IMG/VR virus record: IMGVR_UViG_3300035208_003115
Origin: a virus
Lineage: Duplodnaviria > Caudoviricetes
Length of the DNA: 64,000 nt
Direction: 5' to 3' (one strand)
Shown: piece by piece, positions 56,506-64,000 of the stretch
Layout of the letters: every line of letters starts with the position of its first letter
How positions within the stretch are numbered: position 1 is the stretch's first letter
The notes under the pieces: model-generated
What the model was told of the DNA's origin: nothing
Database searches by the model: none
What the model saw: the letters and a program-made list of their open reading frames with translations, nothing else
Made by a program: the position numbers and the translations under genes

Positions 56506-57107
56506 AAGCCTATCCCAACTCTTAGATATACTTTCATATTCTTTACATCCCAGAGGTTTTTAATGTCGGGAGTAATGACTTCTGCCCCTGTCCATAGAGG
56601 GCCGAATGTCTGAGCATCTATCCAGATGCCTGCAGACTGAAAGCCCGAGCTACTAAGAATACCCATTACCCTACGAATTTCTCGCTTAACAATCTCCGTC
56701 TTCTTAAGTCTCTCAATCTCTGTAGTCGCTTCAACCAGACGAGTTGTTAGTGTGTCTATAATTTGTTTTGACTTTTCATCTTGAATAGCAACATTTCTCT
56801 TATGTGTGATAGAGGTTCTATAGACAGCTTTGCCCTGTCCGTCAAGGGCCAAAGCACCATTAGGAAGGATAATCGGTTCGATAATCTTAACCGTATCTTC
56901 TGTGTAGTTTTTCTTGTAGCTACTATACTCGTTTTGGATCGTTTCTTTATCTTGCTCGAGTTGAGTAACTTTTGTCTTGAGAGAGTCACGTTCTTCCACA
57001 ACCTTCTTATACGTAGGCATACCAATATAAACTACGCTTAGAATGATTGCTAATAATGCGATTCCCACTCCCACTTTTCCCTTATTCATCGACAGCCATT
57101 GCTTCAT
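56502..57107 (-). CDS. membrane-anchored coiled-coil protein, spanin-like
   Basis: N-terminal TM plus coiled coil, downstream of endolysin and holin-like genes. Confidence 0.45.
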   Translation of the reverse strand: MKQWLSMNKGKVGVGIALLAIILSVVYIGMPTYKKVVEERDSLKTKVTQLEQDKETIQNEYSSYKKNYTEDTVKIIEPIILPNGALALDGQGKAVYRTSITHKRNVAIQDEKSKQIIDTLTTRLVEATTEIERLKKTEIVKREIRRVMGILSSSGFQSAGIWIDAQTFGPLWTGAEVITPDIKNLWDVKNMKVYLRVGIGF

Positions 57108-57119
57108 TTCAATTACTCC

Positions 57120-57485
57120 TTATTTATCTACGCTAGGATCAATGACAGATGCTGCGGTTAGCGTCTTGCCCTTATTGCCGGCCAGCCAAGCAGCTAGAGC
57201 TTCCATGATAGGACCTACATGTTTTCTCATACACCAGTTCATCCATGCAAGCGCCATTATCCCAACAACTGCGATGACGGCGACATCAGATACGAGCTTG
57301 CCTTTATCCAGAAGCTTCCAGGTCATCCAAGTTGTTATCCAAACAAAGACAGAAGCTTTAGATGGAAGGTCAACACAGATAAGCATCCCGATTCTATGGA
57401 ATAGGACGGTCCACCAATGAGTCCCAGGGTCTCCATATACAGGTTCGTAATGATTAAAGTTTTCGATACGCTCTCTCTCAGTCAT
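57120..57485 (-). CDS. holin-like membrane protein
   Basis: two hydrophobic segments, next to endolysin. Confidence 0.5.
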   Translation of the reverse strand: MTERERIENFNHYEPVYGDPGTHWWTVLFHRIGMLICVDLPSKASVFVWITTWMTWKLLDKGKLVSDVAVIAVVGIMALAWMNWCMRKHVGPIMEALAAWLAGNKGKTLTAASVIDPSVDK

Positions 57486-57487
57486 GG

Positions 57488-57955
57488 TTATTGACCGTCG
57501 AGTTCGTAGTGAGGCATGTCCCAGTCATCGCCATTTTGGAGTTCAAAGTCTCTATTCCAATCGCCACCCCAACGAATGGGGATCCCAAGAACTAGAGCCA
57601 TTCCTCGGACGACACCCGCAAAGTGAGCTGTGCTGGCATACTCTCTGGCCTTCTTAAGCTCTTCGGGGTTTAGACCTTTAAGATCCGGCCATCTTACGTT
57701 CGGCTTGTCCGCATACCAGCGCATAACATCTGCGGCCAATGATGGTTGTTTATTATGCTTAGATTGAGGATACCTGAGCTTGGAGTTACCAGCATTAAAT
57801 GCTGCGTCTTGTTCTGCTTGGCCTCTGTGACCGCACAGAACGGTGCAATCAATATGCTTGATTACTTCGTTGAATAATCTCTGGATTTCGGGATGAGCGC
57901 CGGAAAGATTATTAATAGACCTGTTTCCAAACTTGGGCATGATATCTCCTATCAC
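57488..57955 (-). CDS. M15-family peptidase endolysin
   Basis: GHR...EQ, SKH....LAAD, IRWGGDW, D.PH.EL. Confidence 0.9.
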   Translation of the reverse strand: MIGDIMPKFGNRSINNLSGAHPEIQRLFNEVIKHIDCTVLCGHRGQAEQDAAFNAGNSKLRYPQSKHNKQPSLAADVMRWYADKPNVRWPDLKGLNPEELKKAREYASTAHFAGVVRGMALVLGIPIRWGGDWNRDFELQNGDDWDMPHYELDGQ

Positions 57956-58141
57956 TATATTTCATTCTCTATTCCATTATAACGGTAAATGCGGTTGAGG
58001 AGATCGAGCACAACGGAATTAACTTTATCGGGATCTTTAATATTGACAAGGGATTCTAACGCTCTGACGACATCTAAGATAGAAAGTTTACCCATTGGGC
58101 AACTCCTGTTGAGGTTTATAGCGCTTCCGCGGCCCTCCTTT

Positions 58142-58561
58142 CTATTTAGATATTTGGCTGATTACTTCCATCACTTTTTCTGGGGAGATAAAGGCATCGG
58201 GGTTGTACGGTTCAGATTCCCACGTATCAAATTGATTCTTCCGCATATACATTCTACCCTTAATTAGATTGATATTCTCCTTGTGACCAAAAATAAGAGG
58301 ATCAGATGTCCCCCATAATACTATAGCTTTTACTTTAATATCCCAGCAAAAGTGTTGAAGAAAACTGTCACAACATATTACGTGTTTGGCTTCTTTAAGT
58401 AGCTTCTCCAGTTTATCTAGGGGCTCCTTGACTACTTCAACGACTTCGTAGTCCACAGAGAGAAGCTTGAATAGCTCCTCCCAGTAAGGGTATTCCTTAG
58501 CGCTATGATTTCCATTGCGCAGTGGCCGGACGCCCCTTGAGTAGACTACTAGAGGCTTCAT
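58142..58561 (-). CDS. GT9 C-terminal-like domain protein
   Basis: K.YPYW, CDSFLQH, IVLWG.SDP..FG. Confidence 0.7.
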   Translation of the reverse strand: MKPLVVYSRGVRPLRNGNHSAKEYPYWEELFKLLSVDYEVVEVVKEPLDKLEKLLKEAKHVICCDSFLQHFCWDIKVKAIVLWGTSDPLIFGHKENINLIKGRMYMRKNQFDTWESEPYNPDAFISPEKVMEVISQISK

Positions 58562-59556
58562 ATTTCTACCCCATAGAGTTCAGCATATGCGTACTTGATT
58601 TCTTTGTCTTTCCATCCCTTATCAATGCAGTATTTAAATATATTATGTCTATCGGGGTTACACAGCTTTTGACCTTCAGCGAGACTTATACAATTCTCTC
58701 CCGGGAATAGTTCCGGATAGCATACGGCCAATACTACGTCCTTATACTTTTCTTTTATCTTAGGCAGTATTGATCGGAAAACTATATGGTCTCCCATCCC
58801 CGAGTCTAGATAACAAATCTTGTGTCCTTCGTATTCTCGGAGTGTTTCCCTATAGGCTATTTCGTCTCGGTCCCAATCTTCTTTCTGTCCGGAAGCTCTA
58901 ATCCCTCCCGTAGAAGCTCTGAAGTGATATGTGACAGCCGCTGGATCAACTATCAGCTTATACCCCTTTCTATATATCCCATAGGTGTGAAGGGTCTCTT
59001 CCCGGTGAGCGACGCAGCTTAAGCTAAGATCGAACTCTTGTATTCCTTTACGATAGAGATATGAACTATATAAATGTTCTACTTCTTTAATATCTGAATT
59101 GGGCCAATAGAACCATTGGCAATTACCATTATCAATATTTTTAATTGTATTAGGAGGAAAGTCTTGTTTGATTGTCCCCGGCGGTATAACTAGTCCGGCT
59201 ACAGCACCAACGCCATTCAGCATACGTAACTCTAGTATTTGGAGAACGGTAGGTTCAGCTACCTCGTCATCATCTATTCTCCATACGAGGTCAGTTGCCT
59301 TATCCTGAATCATCTGGTGGCCCCAGTGTTGACCACGGCCCAACCCATAGATAACTTCGAACTCAATTCGCTTAGTGTTGATTAAATCAAATAGATGCTG
59401 ATAGATGGGAGTCTCTCGCATCTCTATACGCGTGGACGAATCGTCATAGATGATGATTTTATCTGGTGTTCGAGTCTGGTTAATGACAGACATTAAAGCC
59501 ATGGGAAGTTGGTCATATCTATCTTTAGTACAGATGTCTACAGTTATATGCGCCAT
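58558..59556 (-). CDS. GT2 glycosyltransferase with C-terminal GT9-like N domain
   Basis: CTKDR, IYDD, RIDDD, REET; GMGDHI. Confidence 0.75.
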   Translation of the reverse strand: MAHITVDICTKDRYDQLPMALMSVINQTRTPDKIIIYDDSSTRIEMRETPIYQHLFDLINTKRIEFEVIYGLGRGQHWGHQMIQDKATDLVWRIDDDEVAEPTVLQILELRMLNGVGAVAGLVIPPGTIKQDFPPNTIKNIDNGNCQWFYWPNSDIKEVEHLYSSYLYRKGIQEFDLSLSCVAHREETLHTYGIYRKGYKLIVDPAAVTYHFRASTGGIRASGQKEDWDRDEIAYRETLREYEGHKICYLDSGMGDHIVFRSILPKIKEKYKDVVLAVCYPELFPGENCISLAEGQKLCNPDRHNIFKYCIDKGWKDKEIKYAYAELYGVEI

Positions 59557-61709
59557 TAGTTGTCCTTGTAGACATAATCGCTATACTTCGTTTCTAGATT
59601 GTCGAAGATAAAGCGAGGAACTGATTCTTCCGTTATTGCCACGAACTGATACTCTATCGGCCTATCATAAAGATCTTTGCCAGCTTTGACTATTTCCTGT
59701 ATCCTATTCCTATCTTTGAACTTGTCTAGATTAAGATCTTGGTGGGCTGTAGATTCAATCTTACGAATGATTCCCTCCACTCCTCCAAAATAGGAGAAGT
59801 GCCAGCCTCCGTTAGAAAGTGTTTGTATATTTTTATCATAATCTTGAAAGTAGCGAGCATCGCAAGGGGTCATTGTTTTCATTATACCCCAAGGCAAGAT
59901 TCGAGCCCAATCCCACTTATCTTTGGCCTGGAGGTTTAGGTTATAGTAAAAAAGATCCATTGAGAATACATTAATACCAGTAGCAGGATTATACCTGCGG
60001 ACAGCATCTGCTTTTGGAATTTCGTCGGCATCACTTATTATAATAATATCCTCGTCTTTGCACCTATCGGCAAGAGCGGTTTTAAGGTGATCTCTTTGCC
60101 GACGTTCTATATACCAGGACTTATCAGTTAAATTTTTCATCTTATCAAGTTCGGGATAATTATCTAGAACAACGTGGATGATTTTATTCAGGTATTTTTT
60201 AAATCGCTCTTCATTAAGTTTAAAGTATAGAGGCTTAGGAATAACTCCGTGAGTTAGTGTAGCTTCACAAATGACGAAGTAGTCTACTACATCCCATAAC
60301 TCTTCTAGCCTTGCTTCTAGAAGATCGAATTCATTATAAAATGGGAAACAATCGTATATCTTTCCCTTATTCGTAGAGATGGATTTGATATCTCTCTTAT
60401 TGCAAAACCAGATTGTTGTAAATTCTCCAACATAGAAGAGGTTGAATTTCTCCTCGACAGCCCTCTGCACTCCCTCCCATGCTCCTAAATCATGACCGCA
60501 GAAGAGGGTATCGTCTCCGACCAATCGAGACCAGGCATCTATATCTGCGCACACTCCCTCGTACGTGTGATCGGCATCTATAAAAATCATATCGGGCTTA
60601 ACGCCCTTTTCGAGCAGTAAGTCGGAAGCGTTCTTTGAGTTCATTCGTAGCGGAATGATCTTACCTTGCTGGATAAGATCTAGGTTGTTCTGCATAAACT
60701 CATAGAAGGCATGATCTCCATCTTTCCATCTAGCCGAGACATGATTGGTATCTTGCTCAATTGGTGTTCCTGCCCACGTGTCAACGCAGTAGATAACTCC
60801 GCCTTCCATTAGATTATCGCCTAGAACTCTAGAGGATTTGCCATGCCAGGAGCCTATTTCTACAATAACCTTTCTTTTCCTAGCTTCTTTGCCGAGCCAG
60901 TATAACTCTCCGTCATTCATAAAGCCGTCGCATTGGGACGCCCGGGATATATCAACCGGATTATAGCGTTGTTTTAGTATCGCATCATTGCGAGCCATTA
61001 GTTCGGCCCATCCTGGATGGTTCTTAAATGTTTCATTGCCAGCATGATACATCGGATAATCACTAACCATGCGTTTCTGATTTTGATCTAAATATTCAAA
61101 TGCCGTTGGGAGAGATACTGTTTTGAAGCCTGCGTCCTGGGCCCGAGCACAGTAGTCCACATCTTCATCGAAGCCTGGTGAGAATATTTCATCTAGATAA
61201 CCAATAGTATCAATTACCTTACGTTTAATACATGCACAGAAGAAGATTAGGAATTGACGGTTAGCCGGCGCGTTATAAGAAAGCATGGGCCCAGTGATGC
61301 CTACGGATTCATCCGTTTCAAAAGGCTTTAGTAAATCGTTGAGCCATTTATTGTGGCCCTGGCCTAGGTCGAGGATTTGCACATCATTATTAAGGGGGAT
61401 GATATACTCGCCCGTAGCTATCTTCATGCCCTCGTTGGTAGCCCTAGTATAGCCGAGTCCTTCGTCGAACCAGAGTAGTTTGAATGGAGAAGGGCTTATA
61501 GCGTGTCCAGAGTCATCGGGGTCATCGATGCCCCGTAACCGATATTCTAGACTCTCAACATATTCTCGGGTGTTATCAGTGCAACCATTGGCGACAATAA
61601 TTACTTCGACATCGGTAAGGTCTGTATATTTTATGATGGATTCTAAGCAGGGCTTAAGTAGATCTGAGCAGTGGTTAAAACTAGGAATCACTATGCTAAT
61701 TTTTGGCAT
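59556..61709 (-). CDS. GT2 + methyltransferase + GT17-like fusion
   Basis: start MPKISIVIP; NND, EDVD; VEIGSW.GKS, FIDADHTY; YDCF.FYNE..LL, ISDADEIP, GWHFSY. Confidence 0.85.
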   Translation of the reverse strand: MPKISIVIPSFNHCSDLLKPCLESIIKYTDLTDVEVIIVANGCTDNTREYVESLEYRLRGIDDPDDSGHAISPSPFKLLWFDEGLGYTRATNEGMKIATGEYIIPLNNDVQILDLGQGHNKWLNDLLKPFETDESVGITGPMLSYNAPANRQFLIFFCACIKRKVIDTIGYLDEIFSPGFDEDVDYCARAQDAGFKTVSLPTAFEYLDQNQKRMVSDYPMYHAGNETFKNHPGWAELMARNDAILKQRYNPVDISRASQCDGFMNDGELYWLGKEARKRKVIVEIGSWHGKSSRVLGDNLMEGGVIYCVDTWAGTPIEQDTNHVSARWKDGDHAFYEFMQNNLDLIQQGKIIPLRMNSKNASDLLLEKGVKPDMIFIDADHTYEGVCADIDAWSRLVGDDTLFCGHDLGAWEGVQRAVEEKFNLFYVGEFTTIWFCNKRDIKSISTNKGKIYDCFPFYNEFDLLEARLEELWDVVDYFVICEATLTHGVIPKPLYFKLNEERFKKYLNKIIHVVLDNYPELDKMKNLTDKSWYIERRQRDHLKTALADRCKDEDIIIISDADEIPKADAVRRYNPATGINVFSMDLFYYNLNLQAKDKWDWARILPWGIMKTMTPCDARYFQDYDKNIQTLSNGGWHFSYFGGVEGIIRKIESTAHQDLNLDKFKDRNRIQEIVKAGKDLYDRPIEYQFVAITEESVPRFIFDNLETKYSDYVYKDN

Positions 61710-62238
61710 AATAGAAGTATACCTTTCTAACCCAAAGTTTAAATGCTTCTTGAGTCCTTGAGCCCTTTGCCCAGTTGCAACTGCCACAACATGCCACAAC
61801 ATTTCCGACTATATATCCTTTAGAGCTATCTATTCTATCAATACCGCTACCAATAAATGTGCCGTTTTTGATGCTATTCTTATAGATATTGCTAGGAGGT
61901 TGATTACAATAGAAGCAGTTTTGAGAGACTAGTGCTCTAAAATCACTCTTTGTTAGTGAGAACTCTATTCCTCTTGTTCGTGCAGCGCACTTAATCTTGC
62001 TCAAGGCCTGATTAAAGGCTGCTTCTCCTAAAGGAAGTTTTCTATTAGAACCTTCGTATTTCAAACACCCACACGACTTGGTATGGCCTCTATTTATCTC
62101 GTGCGAATTGGTTATTCTTATTTTTCCACAGTCGCACTTACACTCCCATAAAGCAAAGCCATTATAATTTCCTGGTAGTCTTTTGACTATTGTTAATTTA
62201 GAGATCTTACGTCCAGTCAGGTCTTTGAATCTAGGCAT
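61696..62238 (-). CDS. HNH-type homing endonuclease
   Basis: DLTG.K..KL, WECKCDCG, SCGC, C.YC, GIDRIDS..GY..GNVV.CC..CN..K. Confidence 0.85.
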   Translation of the reverse strand: MPRFKDLTGRKISKLTIVKRLPGNYNGFALWECKCDCGKIRITNSHEINRGHTKSCGCLKYEGSNRKLPLGEAAFNQALSKIKCAARTRGIEFSLTKSDFRALVSQNCFYCNQPPSNIYKNSIKNGTFIGSGIDRIDSSKGYIVGNVVACCGSCNWAKGSRTQEAFKLWVRKVYFYYAKN

Positions 62239-62240
62239 GT

Positions 62241-62297
62241 TTAGGATCTTACCGGACAGTGATTATAGGTGGGAATGACAATAGAGCATTTGGGCAA
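62241..62297 (-). pseudogene. orphaned former N-terminus of the GT2 fusion gene
   Basis: TTG start with GGAGG RBS: MPKCSIVIPTYNHC-PVRS* versus current MPKISIVIPSFNHC. Confidence 0.8.
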
Positions 62298-62458
62298 GAC
62301 GATTCCTCCCCCCGCATAGATAAAGCATATAGACAAATTGATACAATATTTATGTAGGGTTAAATCTATATAATTATAGTGCAACTATTAGGCTTATTTC
62401 CGATACTGTAGTTACTACATACGCCAGAAGTTGAGTAGATCGAATGGTCATTTATCCC

Positions 62459-64000
62459 TTAGTACGAATACCTTACCTCCATTCCCCCAATGTATAGTGA
62501 TTTGGCTGAATCCGCCAGTGTTCTAACCATCGCCGATAGCCCCCAATCCACGTCGTTACTTGGGTAGGTAGCTGTTACTCTCGTAGGGGTTCCATCGTCC
62601 AGTCTGAACCATACACTGCTCCCCGGATGTATGTCTTTAACTATCTCTAGTCTGTGCTCTCCCGTGTCTATGGCTACGCCCGTATCAGTTACTGTAGGAG
62701 ATCCTGTCGCGTTATCGTTAACAAATTTAAAATTAGAATCGCTGGCCGATGTGTCAGCCCTCAACGCCATGTAATCTAATGAAGGCGTTGCGCTCGCCAT
62801 TGGCGTACTTGGAAACATCCCTGCCCAAAATCTTATGTTTGTCGTGCTACCGAGCTTGAACTTAATCGCAACCCTCCACGTGTAGGATGAATTGCAGGAA
62901 TCAAATCCTGTTTCGTAACTTCCTGCATCGTCATTAGTCGTTGCTGGCGTAGTATATAGCACGAAAGATCCCTCGGACGCCGAGTTAGCTTGCCCCACTG
63001 AGTTAACGTCTGTTAAGTCTACACCCGACGGTACCATGGCTCCGTTACTCGGATTCGCAAACCAAGCTTGAAACCCGCCCAGACCTCCTGAAGCCGTCCC
63101 CACACCTTGCCCCGGGAAAAATGCTTTATTTTGCCGTGGGGTTGCTTCTTTAGCATAAACATTCTCTGGAAGCTTAGCCGTCATGGAGCAATTCCCCATG
63201 GTAACTATTTGGCCTCCATTACCCGTTATAGCATACTCCGCTGAACCCGTTAAAAATACGCAGCTTATCATAACTCCCGTACTTCCTGTATAGCCCACGC
63301 ATCTGTCTGAACTGCTGCTTGCTACGAAGTTGCATCCATAGGCCGAGCCATTTCCCCAAATATTGACGCACGACCCGCTACTTCCAGACTGCTCTATCGT
63401 GCAAGAAGCAAAAAATCCGCCATTTACCGCGTTTATAGGAACTCCCCCGTTATAAGTATGGTCTGACTTTATATACGAGTTAATGAATGTGCCGCCGTTT
63501 ATGTTAATAAACGTGTAGCTTTTTGACCAGAACTCGCAACCTTCTATATAACAGCCTGAATTCGCAGCATTTGCCGCGTACGATCCTCCTGCCCCTCCGT
63601 CTACTGTACAATTCTTCATAAACCCGTATATATCGTTTATCATGCGCCCGTCGTACCAATGCATCGTTGTCGAGTGCAAATAGCAGTTAAACATTTTTCC
63701 GTACATGTTCACCATCATGTACTGAGCATGCTCTGCGGATGTTGAGGAAATATCGCAATCCCTCAAGGTCATATTTGTTGTTACATCTCCTGTGCATCGT
63801 CTCGTAGATGTAAGTCGGCAGTGAGTTAATACTACATCCGCACATGTCGTGCAACTAAAAGCGCAATCCGTCAGTCCGGATGTCCCTGTCTGATCTATCG
63901 TTAGATTTGTAAACTTATTCTCCGCCGCAGCCTGAGTTATAGATACCGTAGGGGTAGACGAGGATGTTATTATAACATCGCCTTGTCCTCCGCCGATAAA
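62459..64000 (-). CDS. right-handed beta-helix protein, tail fibre/spike-like (5' end outside window)
   Basis: frame stays open to the window edge; G/N/C/S-rich repeats. Confidence 0.6.
   Translation of the reverse strand, partial: FIGGGQGDVIITSSSTPTVSITQAAAENKFTNLTIDQTGTSGLTDCAFSCTTCADVVLTHCRLTSTRRCTGDVTTNMTLRDCDISSTSAEHAQYMMVNMYGKMFNCYLHSTTMHWYDGRMINDIYGFMKNCTVDGGAGGSYAANAANSGCYIEGCEFWSKSYTFININGGTFINSYIKSDHTYNGGVPINAVNGGFFASCTIEQSGSSGSCVNIWGNGSAYGCNFVASSSSDRCVGYTGSTGVMISCVFLTGSAEYAITGNGGQIVTMGNCSMTAKLPENVYAKEATPRQNKAFFPGQGVGTASGGLGGFQAWFANPSNGAMVPSGVDLTDVNSVGQANSASEGSFVLYTTPATTNDDAGSYETGFDSCNSSYTWRVAIKFKLGSTTNIRFWAGMFPSTPMASATPSLDYMALRADTSASDSNFKFVNDNATGSPTVTDTGVAIDTGEHRLEIVKDIHPGSSVWFRLDDGTPTRVTATYPSNDVDWGLSAMVRTLADSAKSLYIGGMEVRYSY

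Noticed and set aside
1-64000. Stop-codon recoding
   Set aside because: Long genes are intact under code 11, all three stops are used, and no clear CTA, TTA or TCA suppressor tRNA is present.

Overview
A 64-kb segment of a large (jumbo-type) dsDNA bacteriophage genome read with the standard genetic code. 1-36.5 kb (+ strand): Whirly-like ssDNA-binding protein, class II ribonucleotide reductase with a LAGLIDADG intein, metallophosphoesterase, a retron-like reverse transcriptase (YSDN motif) behind about 630 nt of dense hairpin-forming non-coding DNA, AAA ATPases, ATP-grasp protein, DnaE, a sigma70-family factor, DNA ligase, RecA, and a 12-kb array (20.3-32.1 kb) of about 30 tRNAs plus tRNA fragments. 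36.5-64 kb (mostly - strand): nucleases, a large glycosyl/methyltransferase cluster, primase-helicase, lysis genes and a beta-helix protein running off the window. The three strongest novelty candidates are (1) the RT with its large upstream structured RNA, (2) repeated HNH-endonuclease cassettes that break a tRNA gene, usually at the anticodon, and carry an intact diverged tRNA of the same anticodon, with the same trick used on a glycosyltransferase N-terminus, and (3) three tRNA-Arg genes sharing a rearranged fold in which the D-loop-like GGA lies 3' of the anticodon arm. All calls come from manual motif and base-pair reading; no database searches or folding programs were run.
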